A stretch of DNA of 64,000 nt from Octopus vulgaris (Eukaryota). This document shows, one piece after another, positions 1 through 10,731 of the stretch; the first letter of the stretch is position 1, and each line of letters starts with the position of its first letter. The notes under the pieces were generated by a model. It was not told the origin of the DNA. It saw only the letters and a list, made by a program, of their open reading frames with translations, and ran no database searches. Both the position numbers and the translations under genes were made by a program. The stretch spans positions 31,000,001 through 31,064,000 of the forward strand of contig OX597842.1 in the NCBI GenBank assembly GCA_951406725.2, written 5' to 3'.

Positions 1-174
1 AGATCAAGGGGTTCTCACGACCTAAATAGTTCTACCGAGGAAATACCTCACATGCTTTGGTAATCACGTTCCAGTCTCTAAACAAACCTCACACACACAC
101 ACACATCTCTCTCTCTCATATATATATGTATATATATGTATATAGATCCTTGTGGAGATAGGGATGATCGTAGT

Positions 175-625
175 AATGGTGGTGGTGGTGGTGGTAGTGT
201 TGTTGTTGTTGGTGGTAGTGGTGGTGATGATGATGAGGGGTTATTGTGGTGGTAGTGGTGGTGGTGGTGAGGGTGGTAGTGGTGGTGGTGGTGAGGGTTG
301 TAGTGGTGATGATGATGATGATGATGGGGAGTTTATTGTGGTGGTAGTCGTGGTGGTGAGGGTGGTGGTGGTGGTGGTGAGGGTGGTAGTGGTGGTGGTG
401 GTGGTGGCGAGGGTGGTAGTGGTAGTAGTGGTGATGATGATGATTGGGGGGTATTGTGGTGGTGGTGAGGGTTGTAGTGATGGTGGTAGTGGTGGTGATG
501 ATGATGATGGGAGGTTTTTGTTGTTGTTGTTGTGGTGGTGGTGGTGGTGGTGGTGGTGGTGATGATGATGATGGGGGGGTTATTGTGGTGGTGGTGGTGG
601 TGGTGGTGGTGAGGGTGGTAGTGTT
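175..625. repeat. (GGT/GAT/GTT)n compound trinucleotide microsatellite
   Basis: Direct reading of GGT/GAT runs. Confidence 0.95.
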
Positions 626-814
626 GTTTGAAATTTTTTTTTAGATTCCTGGTAGGCAATGGTGGAGTCGGAGGAGGGTGTTCCCTTTTGTGGTGGTCAC
701 TTGGAACGGGTTGGATGACTAACTGTTCATCTTTACACACACACATACACACACACAGACACATGTATATGTATATATTACATGAAAAATGCAGTGAAAG
801 CTCCATGTGAATGC

Positions 815-1124
815 ATTTATGTATGCGTGTGTGTTTGAATGTGTATGTATATGTATGTGTGTGTGTGTGTGTGTGTGTGTACGATTGAATGTTTATGTAT
901 ATATGTGTGTGTATGTGTTTAATCTGTATGTATGTATATGTGTGTGTGTATGTTTCGATGTGTATGTATCTATATGTGTGTTTGTGTGAGCGAGTGTGTA
1001 TGTATGCATATGTGTGTGTGTGTGTGTTTCAATGTGTATACAAGTATGTGCTTGTGTGTGTGAATGCAAGTGTGTGTAAATTATATATATAAGAAATGTA
1101 GGGAAAAATCAGTGTGTGCATGTG

Positions 1125-1165
<41 letters not shown>

Positions 1166-1170
1166 CATAC

Positions 1171-1264
<94 letters not shown>

Positions 1265-1702
1265 TTATATATGTGTATATATATATATATGTATATATGT
1301 ATGTATGAATGTATGTATATATATGTGTGTGTGTGTGTGTGCATATACTATGTGTATATATATATTTATATATATTACATTATTGAAAACAAAGAAGAGC
1401 ATGGAGATTTATACATGTGTGTATATATATATATATGCATATGTATGTATGTATATGTATATATGTATATACATGTATATGCACGCACATATATATATAT
1501 ATACTCGCATAATATACATATGTATATACATAACACACGCACACTCACACACACTCACACACACTCACACACACTCACACACACTCACACACACTCACAC
1601 ACACTCCCACACACTCACACTCACACACACTCACACACACACTCACACACACACACTCACATACACACACACACACACTCACACACTCACACACACACAC
1701 AC
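815..1702. repeat. (TG)n/(TA)n/(CA)n/(CACACT)n compound microsatellite
   Basis: Direct reading. Confidence 0.95.
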
Positions 1703-1974
1703 ATGGAGATAAAATATTCCATCTGCTAATTCCATTAACCTTTCATCACTGATACCATTTCGTCATTCTACAAACGGATGAAATACATGCACATTAACCA
1801 CTACACCCCATGATAGACTTAGGCACCCAGCGAGGGGCTTCACTACATCACTCAATGTCCATCGTCCGCTTCTCTCTTTGTGATTCCTTGATCTCGTTTC
1901 CGTTTCCTTGGTTACGGCTCTCTTGTCCATATATGGTCAGTTACGTGACAGGTGGTGCCTCGTGTTGTGGCTGT

Positions 1975-2290
1975 TTTTGTTTAGCCCCGGGTCAGTCTTG
2001 ATGCAGGGATGCCTCGGATCAAACGTGTTCTAGCTTGTTGCTGTTGTTGTTGTTTACATTGCTGGTCACAGCTGGAATGTCTTTGATCATAGGTCAGTAT
2101 GAACCATCAGGACTGACCGGGGGTTAAACAAAAACAACTATAACCACTAATACTAACTCCTATACTATACATTAGATAATGTAGTCCTAGATACACGATG
2201 CCTGAATAAAAGATGGGACGGTCACAGCTGGAACATCTTTGATCATAGGTCTGTCTGGATCAGGACTGACCTGGGGTTAAACAACAACAC
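1975..2290 (+). mobile_element. Family E retroposon 3' tail: two tandem ~157-bp units (2062-2290, +) preceded by an inverted partial copy (1975-2030)
   Basis: GGTCACAGCTGGAA..CTTTGATCATAGGTC..CAGGACTGACC(T/G)GGGGTTAAACAA occurs twice; same unit as 13630-14140 on the opposite strand. Confidence 0.75.
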
Positions 2291-2562
2291 TTATAGTTAG
2301 TTGTTGCCATGGTTACAGTGTTGTTCTGTTACTAGTTCATCACCAGAGGGCGTTAGTTGTATGCTTAATGTCAGTCACCATTGCATATGATACTACTAAC
2401 ACCGACTGCTGACATTTAAGTTAAAACATGACAGACCCCTTTTTTCGGCTCCTCTGTGGCCCCCTAACCGTATTCCCACTTCCACCGCAACAACTTTCAT
2501 CCTTAAGTATGCCCCACCAAATAGAAAACCTTATTTTTTCATTCCTTATTCTCCTACTCTTG

Positions 2563-2669
2563 TATGAGGGTGTGTTTGAAAGTCCCTGGACTTTAAGGGT
2601 ATCGCAGAAGGCCTGATTGGGGGTCTGACCCTTCGAGTACTTTCACGGGGCTTAGAAAAACTGAAGGAC
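2563..2669 (+). mobile_element. Mariner-derived non-autonomous element fragment (left end)
   Basis: TA followed by TGAGGGTGTG..AAAGT, a mariner-like terminus; ggcttagaaaaactgaaggac reads GLEKLKD, resembling a mariner transposase C-terminus; interrupted by SINE at 2670. Confidence 0.45.
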
Positions 2670-3057
2670 TCTCTCTTTTACTCTCTTTTACTTGTTTCAG
2701 TCATTTGACTGTGGCCATACTGGAGCACCGCCTTTAGTCGAGTAAATCAACCCCAGGACTTATTCTTTATAAGCCTAGTACTTATTCTATCGGTCTCTTT
2801 TGCCAAACTGCTAAGTTACGGGGATGTAAACACACCGGCATCGGTTGTCAAGCAATGTTGGGGGGTACAAACACAGACACATGCTGGTGTGTTTACGTCC
2901 CCGTCACGTAGCAGTTCGGCAAAAAGAGACCGATAGAATAAGTACTGGGCTTACAAAGAATAAGTCCCGGGGTCGAGCTGCTCGATTAAAAGGCGGTGCT
3001 CCAGCATGGCCGCAGTCTAATGACTGAAACAAGTAAAGGAGTAAAAGTGTAAAGAGA
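2670..3057. mobile_element. Two SINE family A 3' halves in fold-back arrangement (2670-2880 minus, 2881-3057 plus)
   Basis: Both arms match the family A 3' region and (GTAAAAGA)n tail in opposite orientations. Confidence 0.9.
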
Positions 3058-3200
3058 ACTAGTGAGTTTAGTTTAATGGCCTACCAATGTATACCAATGT
3101 ATACTATGAGTTTCTTTGCCCTAGGAGTCGGGAAGACACTCGGCAAGAAATGGAAGCAAATTTGAAAGAAGAAGAAAAAAAAGATAACTACAATAATAAT

Positions 3201-3624
3201 ACTCTCTTTACTCTTTTACTTGTTTCAGTCATTTGACTGCGGCCATGCTGGAGCACTGCCTTTTAATCGAGCAACTCGACCCCGGGACTTATTCTTTTGT
3301 AAGACCAGTACTTATTCTATCGGTCTCTTTTAGCCGAACCGCTAAGTGACGGGGACGTAAACATACCAGCATCAGTTGTCAAGCAATGCTAGGGGAACAA
3401 ACACAGACACACAAACACACACATACATATACATATATATATATATACATACATATATACGACGGGCTTCTTTCAGTTTCCATCTACCAAATCCACTCAC
3501 AAGGCTTTGGTCAGCCCAGGGCTATAGCAGAAGACACTTACCCAAGGTGCCATGCAGTGGGACTGAACCCAGAACCATGTGGTTGGTAAGCAAGCTACTT
3601 ACCACACAGCCACTCCTACACCTA
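3201..3624 (-). mobile_element. SINE family A, full length (tRNA-like head, CORE-like CCTTGGG(C/T)AAGTG segment, internal TA/TG microsatellite, GTAAAAGA tail)
   Basis: A-box-like TGGCTGTGTGG and B-box-like GGTTCAGTCC; more than 25 similar copies in the window. Confidence 0.9.
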
Positions 3625-3846
3625 ATGATAATAATAATTCCTTTATTGGCCACAGGGGCTGAAAGACTCTGAAAGCAACACAAAGGACAGGATACAATTT
3701 GATAGGGGCACCACCACCACACAGCTACCTCTGCCCCCTCCACCCTCCCCCCAACTGGGGCATAAAAAGAAACCCTTTAAAATGAAAAATAATTAATTGG
3801 AATAATTAGACGCAGAAGAATAAAACAGCTGACGAAGAATTAATTG

Positions 3847-3917
3847 GTGGGGTGGGGTGGGGTGGGGTGGGGTGGGGGTGGGGTGGGGGAAGTGGAAGGG
3901 GGTGCGGGTGGGGGTCG
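3847..3917 (+). repeat. (GGGGT)n tract, G-quadruplex-capable
   Basis: At least 8 consecutive runs of 4 or more G separated by single T. Confidence 0.8.
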
Positions 3918-4235
3918 GATGGAAAATAACAAAGAGGAATTGAATATGGAACGAAATGCATCAACGGAATTGCAAGTCTAAAGGTCATAGGTTACGGTGG
4001 GGGGGAGGGTAGGGTGTCCCTCCCCTCTCCCACTCCCCACCAACACCACCATACCAAAAATAAATTAAAAAGTATAAAATAGTATAAAAAAGAATTGTTT
4101 TTCTACACCAGAGTGACATGTAAAAATATGTATTTGAAACCCCGTTCTTGTGTTTGAATCGGAATCGGATGAGATGAGGGGAGAGAGGACACACGGACAG
4201 ACAGACAGATAGAGAAAAATGTGAGGAAGGAAAGA

Positions 4236-4284
<49 letters not shown>

Positions 4285-4406
4285 GAAGATAGAAGGGGGC
4301 AAAGGAAATTTGGGAGGTTTGTAAAATCTGACCAGAGGCAGTGGGGCTGCTTGAACGACAGGGGTCACACAAGTGCAAACGAGATTTTCACATATATATG
4401 TGTGTG

Positions 4407-4499
<93 letters not shown>

Positions 4500-4595
4500 G
4501 TGTATGTATGTATATATATATATATACATATTTGCTCGACTAAAGGCGGTGCTCCAGCATGGCCACAGTGAAATGACTGAAACACGAAAAGAAAA

Positions 4596-4632
<37 letters not shown>

Positions 4633-4634
<2 letters not shown>

Positions 4635-4812
4635 AACACATAAATCTGAAACAAGGTGGAAAGTCCATTTCTTTTTAAAGGTGTAGCGTTTGTAAGAGTA
4701 TAGATGGAATTGATATATAAGTTCCATTCTAGCAAAAACTGTCTGATGAACGGCAACGAGAAACTCAGAGTAACAGATTTTGTTGAATTTTCTGCTGCTT
4801 AAAATAAAGTAT
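4633..4812 (+). mobile_element. Palindromic hammerhead element, copy 1 (left arm replaced); hammerhead motif 4739-4776
   Basis: ctgt-CTGATGA-acg-gcaa-cga-GAAA-ctcagag-TA-acag; 5' segment taaacacataaat.tgaaacaaggtggaaa shared with copies 2-4. Confidence 0.75.
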
Positions 4813-4829
4813 ATATATATATATATCTT

Positions 4830-5192
4830 TTTTTTCTTTTACTTGTTTCAGTCATTTGACTGCGGCCATGCTGGAGCACCGCCTTTAGTCGAGCAAATTG
4901 TAAGCCCAGTACTTATTCTATCGGTCTCTTTTGCCGAACCGCTAAGTGACGGGGACGTAAACACACCAGCATCGATTGTCAAGCAATGCTAGGGGGACAA
5001 ACACAGACACAAACACACATATATATATATACATATATACGACGGGCTTCTTTCAGTTTCAGTCTACCAAATCCACTCACAAGGCTTTGGTCGGCCCAGG
5101 GCTATAGCAGAAGACACTTGCCCAAGATGCCACGCAGTGGGACTGAACCTTGAACCATGTGGTTCATAAGCAAGCTACTTACCACACAGCCA
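4830..5192 (-). mobile_element. SINE family A, near full length (small internal deletion)
   Basis: Matches other family A copies. Confidence 0.9.
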
Positions 5193-5244
5193 CACACACG
5201 TATATATATATATATATATATATGAATATCTGTGTGTGTGTGTG

Positions 5245-5500
5245 AAAGTGCATGGCTTAGTGGTTAGGGCATTCAGCTTACGATCGTAAGGTCATGAGTT
5301 CAAATCCTGTGTTTGTCCCCCTAGCATTGCTTGACAACCGATGCTGGTGCGTTTACGTCCCCGTCACTTAGCGGTTCGGCAAAAGAGACTGATAGAATAA
5401 GTACTGGGCTTACAAAGAATAAGTCCCGGGGTCAATTTGCTCGACTAAAAGGCGGTGCTCCAGCATGGCCGCAGTCAAATGACTGAAACAAGTGAAAGAA
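5245..5500 (+). mobile_element. Chimeric SINE: different tRNA-like head (5245-5307) joined to family A 3' half
   Basis: TGGCTTAGTGGTTAG..GAGTTCAAATCC immediately followed by TGTGTTTGTCCCCCTAGC and the rest of the family A 3' region. Confidence 0.7.
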
Positions 5501-5929
5501 TATACACACATATATATACAAGCTCTGTGCCGTGTTTACGTTAACTCTGGTTCTTATCTTCCTTAGTCTGGATGACATCATGCCTCCCCCCCACTGCCAG
5601 TAGGAAGTTGGGTTCCCCCCACCTGCCCTCATCCGAATCCAACACCTACCACAGAAAATAGGCAGGTCTGTGTTACCACTGAAATACATGCACACCCCTG
5701 TTCCCAACCCTTCTTCCCAAACACCCCTCTTCTACGGACACACGGACACACACATGTGCGTGCGTATGCACACACACACACACACACACACAATCTCCTC
5801 TCTGCTCCCTCCCCTCTCGACAACCACACACCCCCACCGGCCGATCTGCACCATCGTCCCCACCGTCACCACCACCAAGACAAATATCACCAAATACCAC
5901 TCACCAGCCTGTAACCATTGGCAACATCA

Positions 5930-6364
5930 ACCACCAACACCACCACCGCCGCCATCACCGCCGCCACCACCACCACCACCACCACAAGCACCACCTCAAC
6001 CACAACCACCACCCCACCACCACCACCACCACCACCACCACAACCACCACAACCACCACAACCACCACCACCACCACCGCCGCCACCACAACCACCACCA
6101 CCACAACCATCACCACCGCCACCACTACTACAACTACCACTACCACCACCACCACCACCGCCACCACTGCCGCCACCACCGCCACCACCGCCGCCACCAC
6201 AACCACCACCACAACCACCACCACCACCACCACCACCACCACCACCACCACCACCACCACCACCACCACCACCACCACCACCACCACCACCATTCATGCT
6301 ACAACACCACTGCAGGCTAACAACAAGAGATGTTGCTACTACATCCCGGCCACACCTCCCTCAG

Positions 6365-6396
<32 letters not shown>

Positions 6397-6450
6397 CCTC
6401 TTTCATTTCCACCACCACCGTCACCATCTTAATCACCACCACCACCCAAA
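5930..6450. repeat. (ACC)n/(CAT)n microsatellite
   Basis: Direct reading. Confidence 0.95.
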
Positions 6451-6554
6451 TTAATCTGCCCACGCATGGTTTGCAAAAGTTCACTAACCACACAAACGGA
6501 GAAATGAACAGACACATATACACACATCTATACATATTTTTTCTTTCTTTCTTT

Positions 6555-6944
6555 CTGTATTTACTTGTTTCAGTCATTTGACTGCGGCCATGCTGGAGCA
6601 CCGCCTTTAGTCGAGCAAATCGACCCCTGGACTTATTCTTTGTAAGCCAAGTACTTATTCTATCGGTCTCTTTTGCCGAACCGCTAAGTGACGGGGACGT
6701 AAACACACCAGCATCGGTTGTCAAGCAGACACACAAACACACACACATACATACACATATATATATATATACATATACATATATACAACAGGCTTCTTTC
6801 AGTTTCCGTCTACCAAACCCACTCACAAGGCACCAGTCAGCCCGGGGCTATAGCAGAAGACACCCGCCCAAGGTACCACGCAGCGGGACTGAACCCAGAA
6901 CCATGTGGCTGGCCAGCAAGCCACCCACCACACAGCCACTCCTA
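6555..6944 (-). mobile_element. SINE family A copy with clustered sense-strand A-to-G substitutions in its 5' part
   Basis: Family A match; T>C on plus strand at about 12 sites between 6818 and 6926. Confidence 0.9.
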
Positions 6945-7279
6945 AAAACACACATGCACACCAGCCCCCTCCCCCGCCCCACGGTCACAGGAATATTTCA
7001 AAAGGGATCGTACAAGGTCAGAAGGGAATACAATTCCAGGAAAAACATTATCTATAAGGGCACATTTCTTTTCTTGAGGTGGGGCACATGCCTCTCAGGC
7101 CCGTCCTCTTGGGTCTGCCCCTGTACACACACACACACACACATACACACTCACACATACACACACACATACACACACACATACACACACATATATACAC
7201 ACACACATACACACACACACACACACTCACATACACACACACACACACAAATACACACACAGACATATCTCCAAACATA

Positions 7280-7470
7280 TGGATGACAGGATTGCATTCC
7301 TGATGTCAAGGCCCCGTGCTGCACTGGCGCAATTGGTGTGGAGACCCTCATCACCTCTTCACAGCTTGCAGAATGGAAAGCAGAAAGCTCCCAAATGCAT
7401 CAAGGCAGGTGGAGTCATGGCAACCAGAGGTTGCGACATAAGGATGTGCTGAAGGGACACGTGAAGAACT
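7280..7470 (+). pseudogene. Degenerate RTE (BovB-like) LINE RT C-terminal fragment
   Basis: Frame-shifted peptides ETLITSSQL, RMESRKLP and GRWSHGNQRLRHKDVLKGHVK match the RTE C-terminal pattern G.R..G.Q.LR.KD.LK. Confidence 0.6.
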
Positions 7471-7574
7471 CTCCGGCATCACCCAAGACACCGGGGGCAG
7501 GAGAAGGACCTGCGCTTTTGATGAATGACCCCAAGTGCTGAAGCTCATAATTCCAGCCATCGAAGTGTTGCAAT

Positions 7575-7995
7575 ATATATTTCTTTATTGCCCACAAGGG
7601 GCTAAACACAGAGGGGACAAACAAGGACAGACAAACGGATTAAGTCGATTACATCGACCCCAGTGCGTAACTGGTACTTATTTAATCGACCCCGAAAGGA
7701 TGAAAGGCAAAGTCGACCTTGGCGGAATTTGAACTCAGGACGTAACGGCAGACAAAGTACCTATTTCTTTACTACCCACAAGGGGCTAAACACAGAGGGG
7801 ACAAACAAGGACAGACATAGGTATTAAGTCGATTAGATCGACCCCAGTGCGTAACTGGTACTTAATTTATCGACCCCGAAAGGATGAAAGGCAAAGTCGA
7901 CCTCGGCGGAATTTGAACTCAGAACGTAGCGGCAGACGAAATACCGCTAAGCATTTTGCCTGGCATGCTAACGTTTCTGCCAGCTCGCCACCTTA
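7575..7995 (-). mobile_element. SINE family B, head-to-tail dimer
   Basis: Head GGCGAGCTGGCAGAAACGTTAG, B-box GAGTTCAAATTCC, body TTTCATCCTTTCGGGGTCGAT; second unit starts at the internal GGTA(T/C)TT site. Confidence 0.9.
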
Positions 7996-8094
7996 AGTGA
8001 TGCAATATAGAGAAGATGAAACCACACATGAGGGGCCTCGCACTCCCGTTGCATCAAATAGTTTCACCAGGTTCCATATTCTGTTTCAGCCTGG

Positions 8095-8460
8095 TTCCTG
8101 CAGCTGGGACACCCTTCCTAATGCCAACCACTTTACAGAGTGGACTGGGTCCTTTTATGCGGCATTGCATGGGCACTTTTATGTGGAGCCAGCACCCATA
8201 CTAGGATGGGTCACTCGGCTGAGAGAGGGCCTACATGCATGGACGGCTATGATTTTACTTAGACTCACATGTCTCCCCAAGCGCAGCAAAACGCCAGACG
8301 TCTTGAACCCTTGTCATCTTCACTCTGATGACCAACATCTGAAGACCCTTTCTGACCACTACATCCCACGTCTTCCTAGGTCTACCCCTTTCCACATGTT
8401 CCCTCCTCAATTAGAGATCAGCACTTCACGATGCATCTGTCCTCATCCAAATGCATCAAA
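8095..8460 (-). mobile_element. Old RTE LINE 3' fragment (ORF end plus 3' UTR)
   Basis: Minus strand reads MDEDRCIVKC*SLIEEGTCGKGRPRKTWDVVV, homologous to the end of the 10733-11776 ORF. Confidence 0.8.
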
Positions 8461-8625
8461 TGTCCTTACCTGTGTAGTCTTCCCTCCTGCACACTACATC
8501 CAATGCCTTGCAAACCCAATCTGTCCAAGGGCCACACCATGTCCCTTAGTCTGTAAGGTTTCCGTGGCTGGATGGCCTTCTTAATGCCAACCCGCCACAA
8601 AGTGTACCGGGCGTTTTTTAAGTGG

Positions 8626-9056
8626 TAGGCGCAAGCATGGCTGTGTGGTAAGAATTTTGCTTCCCAACCACATGGTTCCAGGTTCAGTTCCACTGCATGG
8701 CACCTTCAGCAAGTGTCTTTTATTATAGCCCCAAGCTGATCAAGGCCTTGCAAGTGGATTTGATAGATGGAAACTGAAAGAAGCCCGTCGTATATATGTA
8801 TATATCTATGTGTGTGTGTGTGTGTGTGCATCTTCATGTCCATCTGTTTGTTCCTCACCACTGTGTGACAATTGGTGTTGGTTTGTTTATGTCCCCTTAA
8901 CTTACTGGTTTGGCAAAATGGACCAACAGAATGAGTGCCAGGCTTGAACAATAAAAACAAAAGTAACAGGGTCGATTCATTTGATTAAGCCCCTTCAAGG
9001 TGGTGCCCCAGCATGGCCGCTGGCCAATGACTGACATGAATGGAAGATAAAAGAAT
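8626..9056 (+). mobile_element. SINE family A, older diverged subfamily
   Basis: Same layout as family A with many substitutions. Confidence 0.85.
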
Positions 9057-9061
9057 ATATA

Positions 9062-9125
9062 ACAAACACACACACACATACATAAATGCAACACACACAC
9101 ACACACACACACACATAAATGCAAG

Positions 9126-9156
<31 letters not shown>

Positions 9157-9600
9157 TAAATGCAAGACACACACACACACACACACACACATAAATGCAA
9201 GACACACACACACATACATAAATGCAACACACACACACACACACACACACACATAAATGCAACACACACACACACACACACATACATAAATGCAACACAC
9301 ACACACACACACACACATGCATAAATGCAACACACACACATACATAAATGCAAGACACACACACACACACACATACATAAATGCAACACACACACACACA
9401 CACACACACATAAATGCAACACACACACACATACATGCATAAATGCAACGCACACACACACACACACACACATACATAAATGCAACACACACACACACAC
9501 ACACACACATACATAAATGCTAGACGCACACACACACACACACACATAAATGCAAGACACACACACACACGTAAATGCAAGACACACACACACACACACA
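9062..9600. repeat. Compound minisatellite: (CA)n interrupted by a fixed TAAATGCAA(G) spacer, about 16 units of 25-40 bp
   Basis: Direct reading. Confidence 0.9.
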
Positions 9601-9834
9601 CTACATGTACAACACTCTCTCTCACACACCCACACTCACCTGCCCCTTGCAATGTTTGCCAGCCCCACAATCCGTGCCGTGACCCCTGCTCTCTGTTCCT
9701 GAGCCCAGTCCAACAGTGCTGAGGGTCCCTCCCTGGTGACTGCTGTACCAATTCCCAGAAAGTTCCCACAGCCCAATTACAGAACCGTTCCAGCTGTGGG
9801 TGGTGGCCACGCCCCGTGAATTAAACCAACATCA

Positions 9835-10160
9835 CCGACCACCACCGACACAACCACGACCACCACCACAAATATCACCAACGTCCCCGTCACCACCACC
9901 ACCACCATCACCACCACCACCACCAGCACAACCACCACCACCACCACCATCACCACCACCACTGTCACCATCACCACCACCACCACCACCACCACCACCA
10001 CCACCACCACCACCACCACCACCACCACCACCACCACCACCACCACCACCACCACCACCACCACCACCGCCACCACCACCATCGCTGCTGCTGCTGCTAC
10101 TCCCTCAATTACTGTTGCTACCACCACGACCCCCCCACCCTCACCACCACCACTACTGCT
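9835..10160. repeat. (ACC)n microsatellite
   Basis: Direct reading. Confidence 0.95.
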
Positions 10161-10414
10161 GCAGTGACCATTGTTATTGTTGTTGTTGTTGCTGCAATCG
10201 GCTGAGTAAAAGCAGGAATCAAGGAGTCCTCGACAGATGTAATCGGTTAACCTTGCTAGAAATAGCAGCCAGGTCACCTAACCATTAAACATCTGCCTTT
10301 ACATCTTTACACAAAGAAGGCAATAGTGAGGTATATTATCCACACTATATCTTAGGAATTTACACACACATACATACAGACATACATGCATATACATACA
10401 CACTCACTCCACAA

Positions 10415-10451
<37 letters not shown>

Positions 10452-10453
<2 letters not shown>

Positions 10454-10610
10454 CAGCAGGATTCCATACAGTTTCCATTAACCAAGTCCACTCACAAGGC
10501 TTTGGTCGACCTGAGGCTATAGTAGAAGACACTTGCCCAAGGTGCCACACAGTGGGACTGAACCCGGAACCATGTGGTTGGTAAGCAAGCTTCTTACCAC
10601 ACAACCACAC
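10452..10610 (-). mobile_element. SINE family A 5' half
   Basis: Family A match. Confidence 0.85.
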
Positions 10611-10638
10611 ATGTACACATTTACATATATACATAAAT

Positions 10639-10670
<32 letters not shown>

Positions 10671-10681
10671 GTATATATATA

Positions 10682-10730
<49 letters not shown>

Positions 10731-10731
<1 letters not shown>

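Noticed and set aside
3100-3200. Possible 3' end of an (AAT)n-tailed restriction-like-endonuclease LINE
   Set aside because: Only a vague remembered resemblance, single short copy, no ORF support.
3376-3743. Recurrent short ORFs such as [27 protein letters not shown] and [13 protein letters not shown]
   Set aside because: Translations of non-coding SINE family A; they recur only because the SINE does.
5670-6454. Poly-Pro/His/Gly ORFs resembling formin or extensin (also 9800-10288, 24177-24763, 62410-62986)
   Set aside because: Trinucleotide (ACC/GAT) repeats open in all frames; no adjacent domain or splice support.
9062-9600. Repeat-spacer array resembling CRISPR
   Set aside because: The variable parts are only (CA)n length variants.
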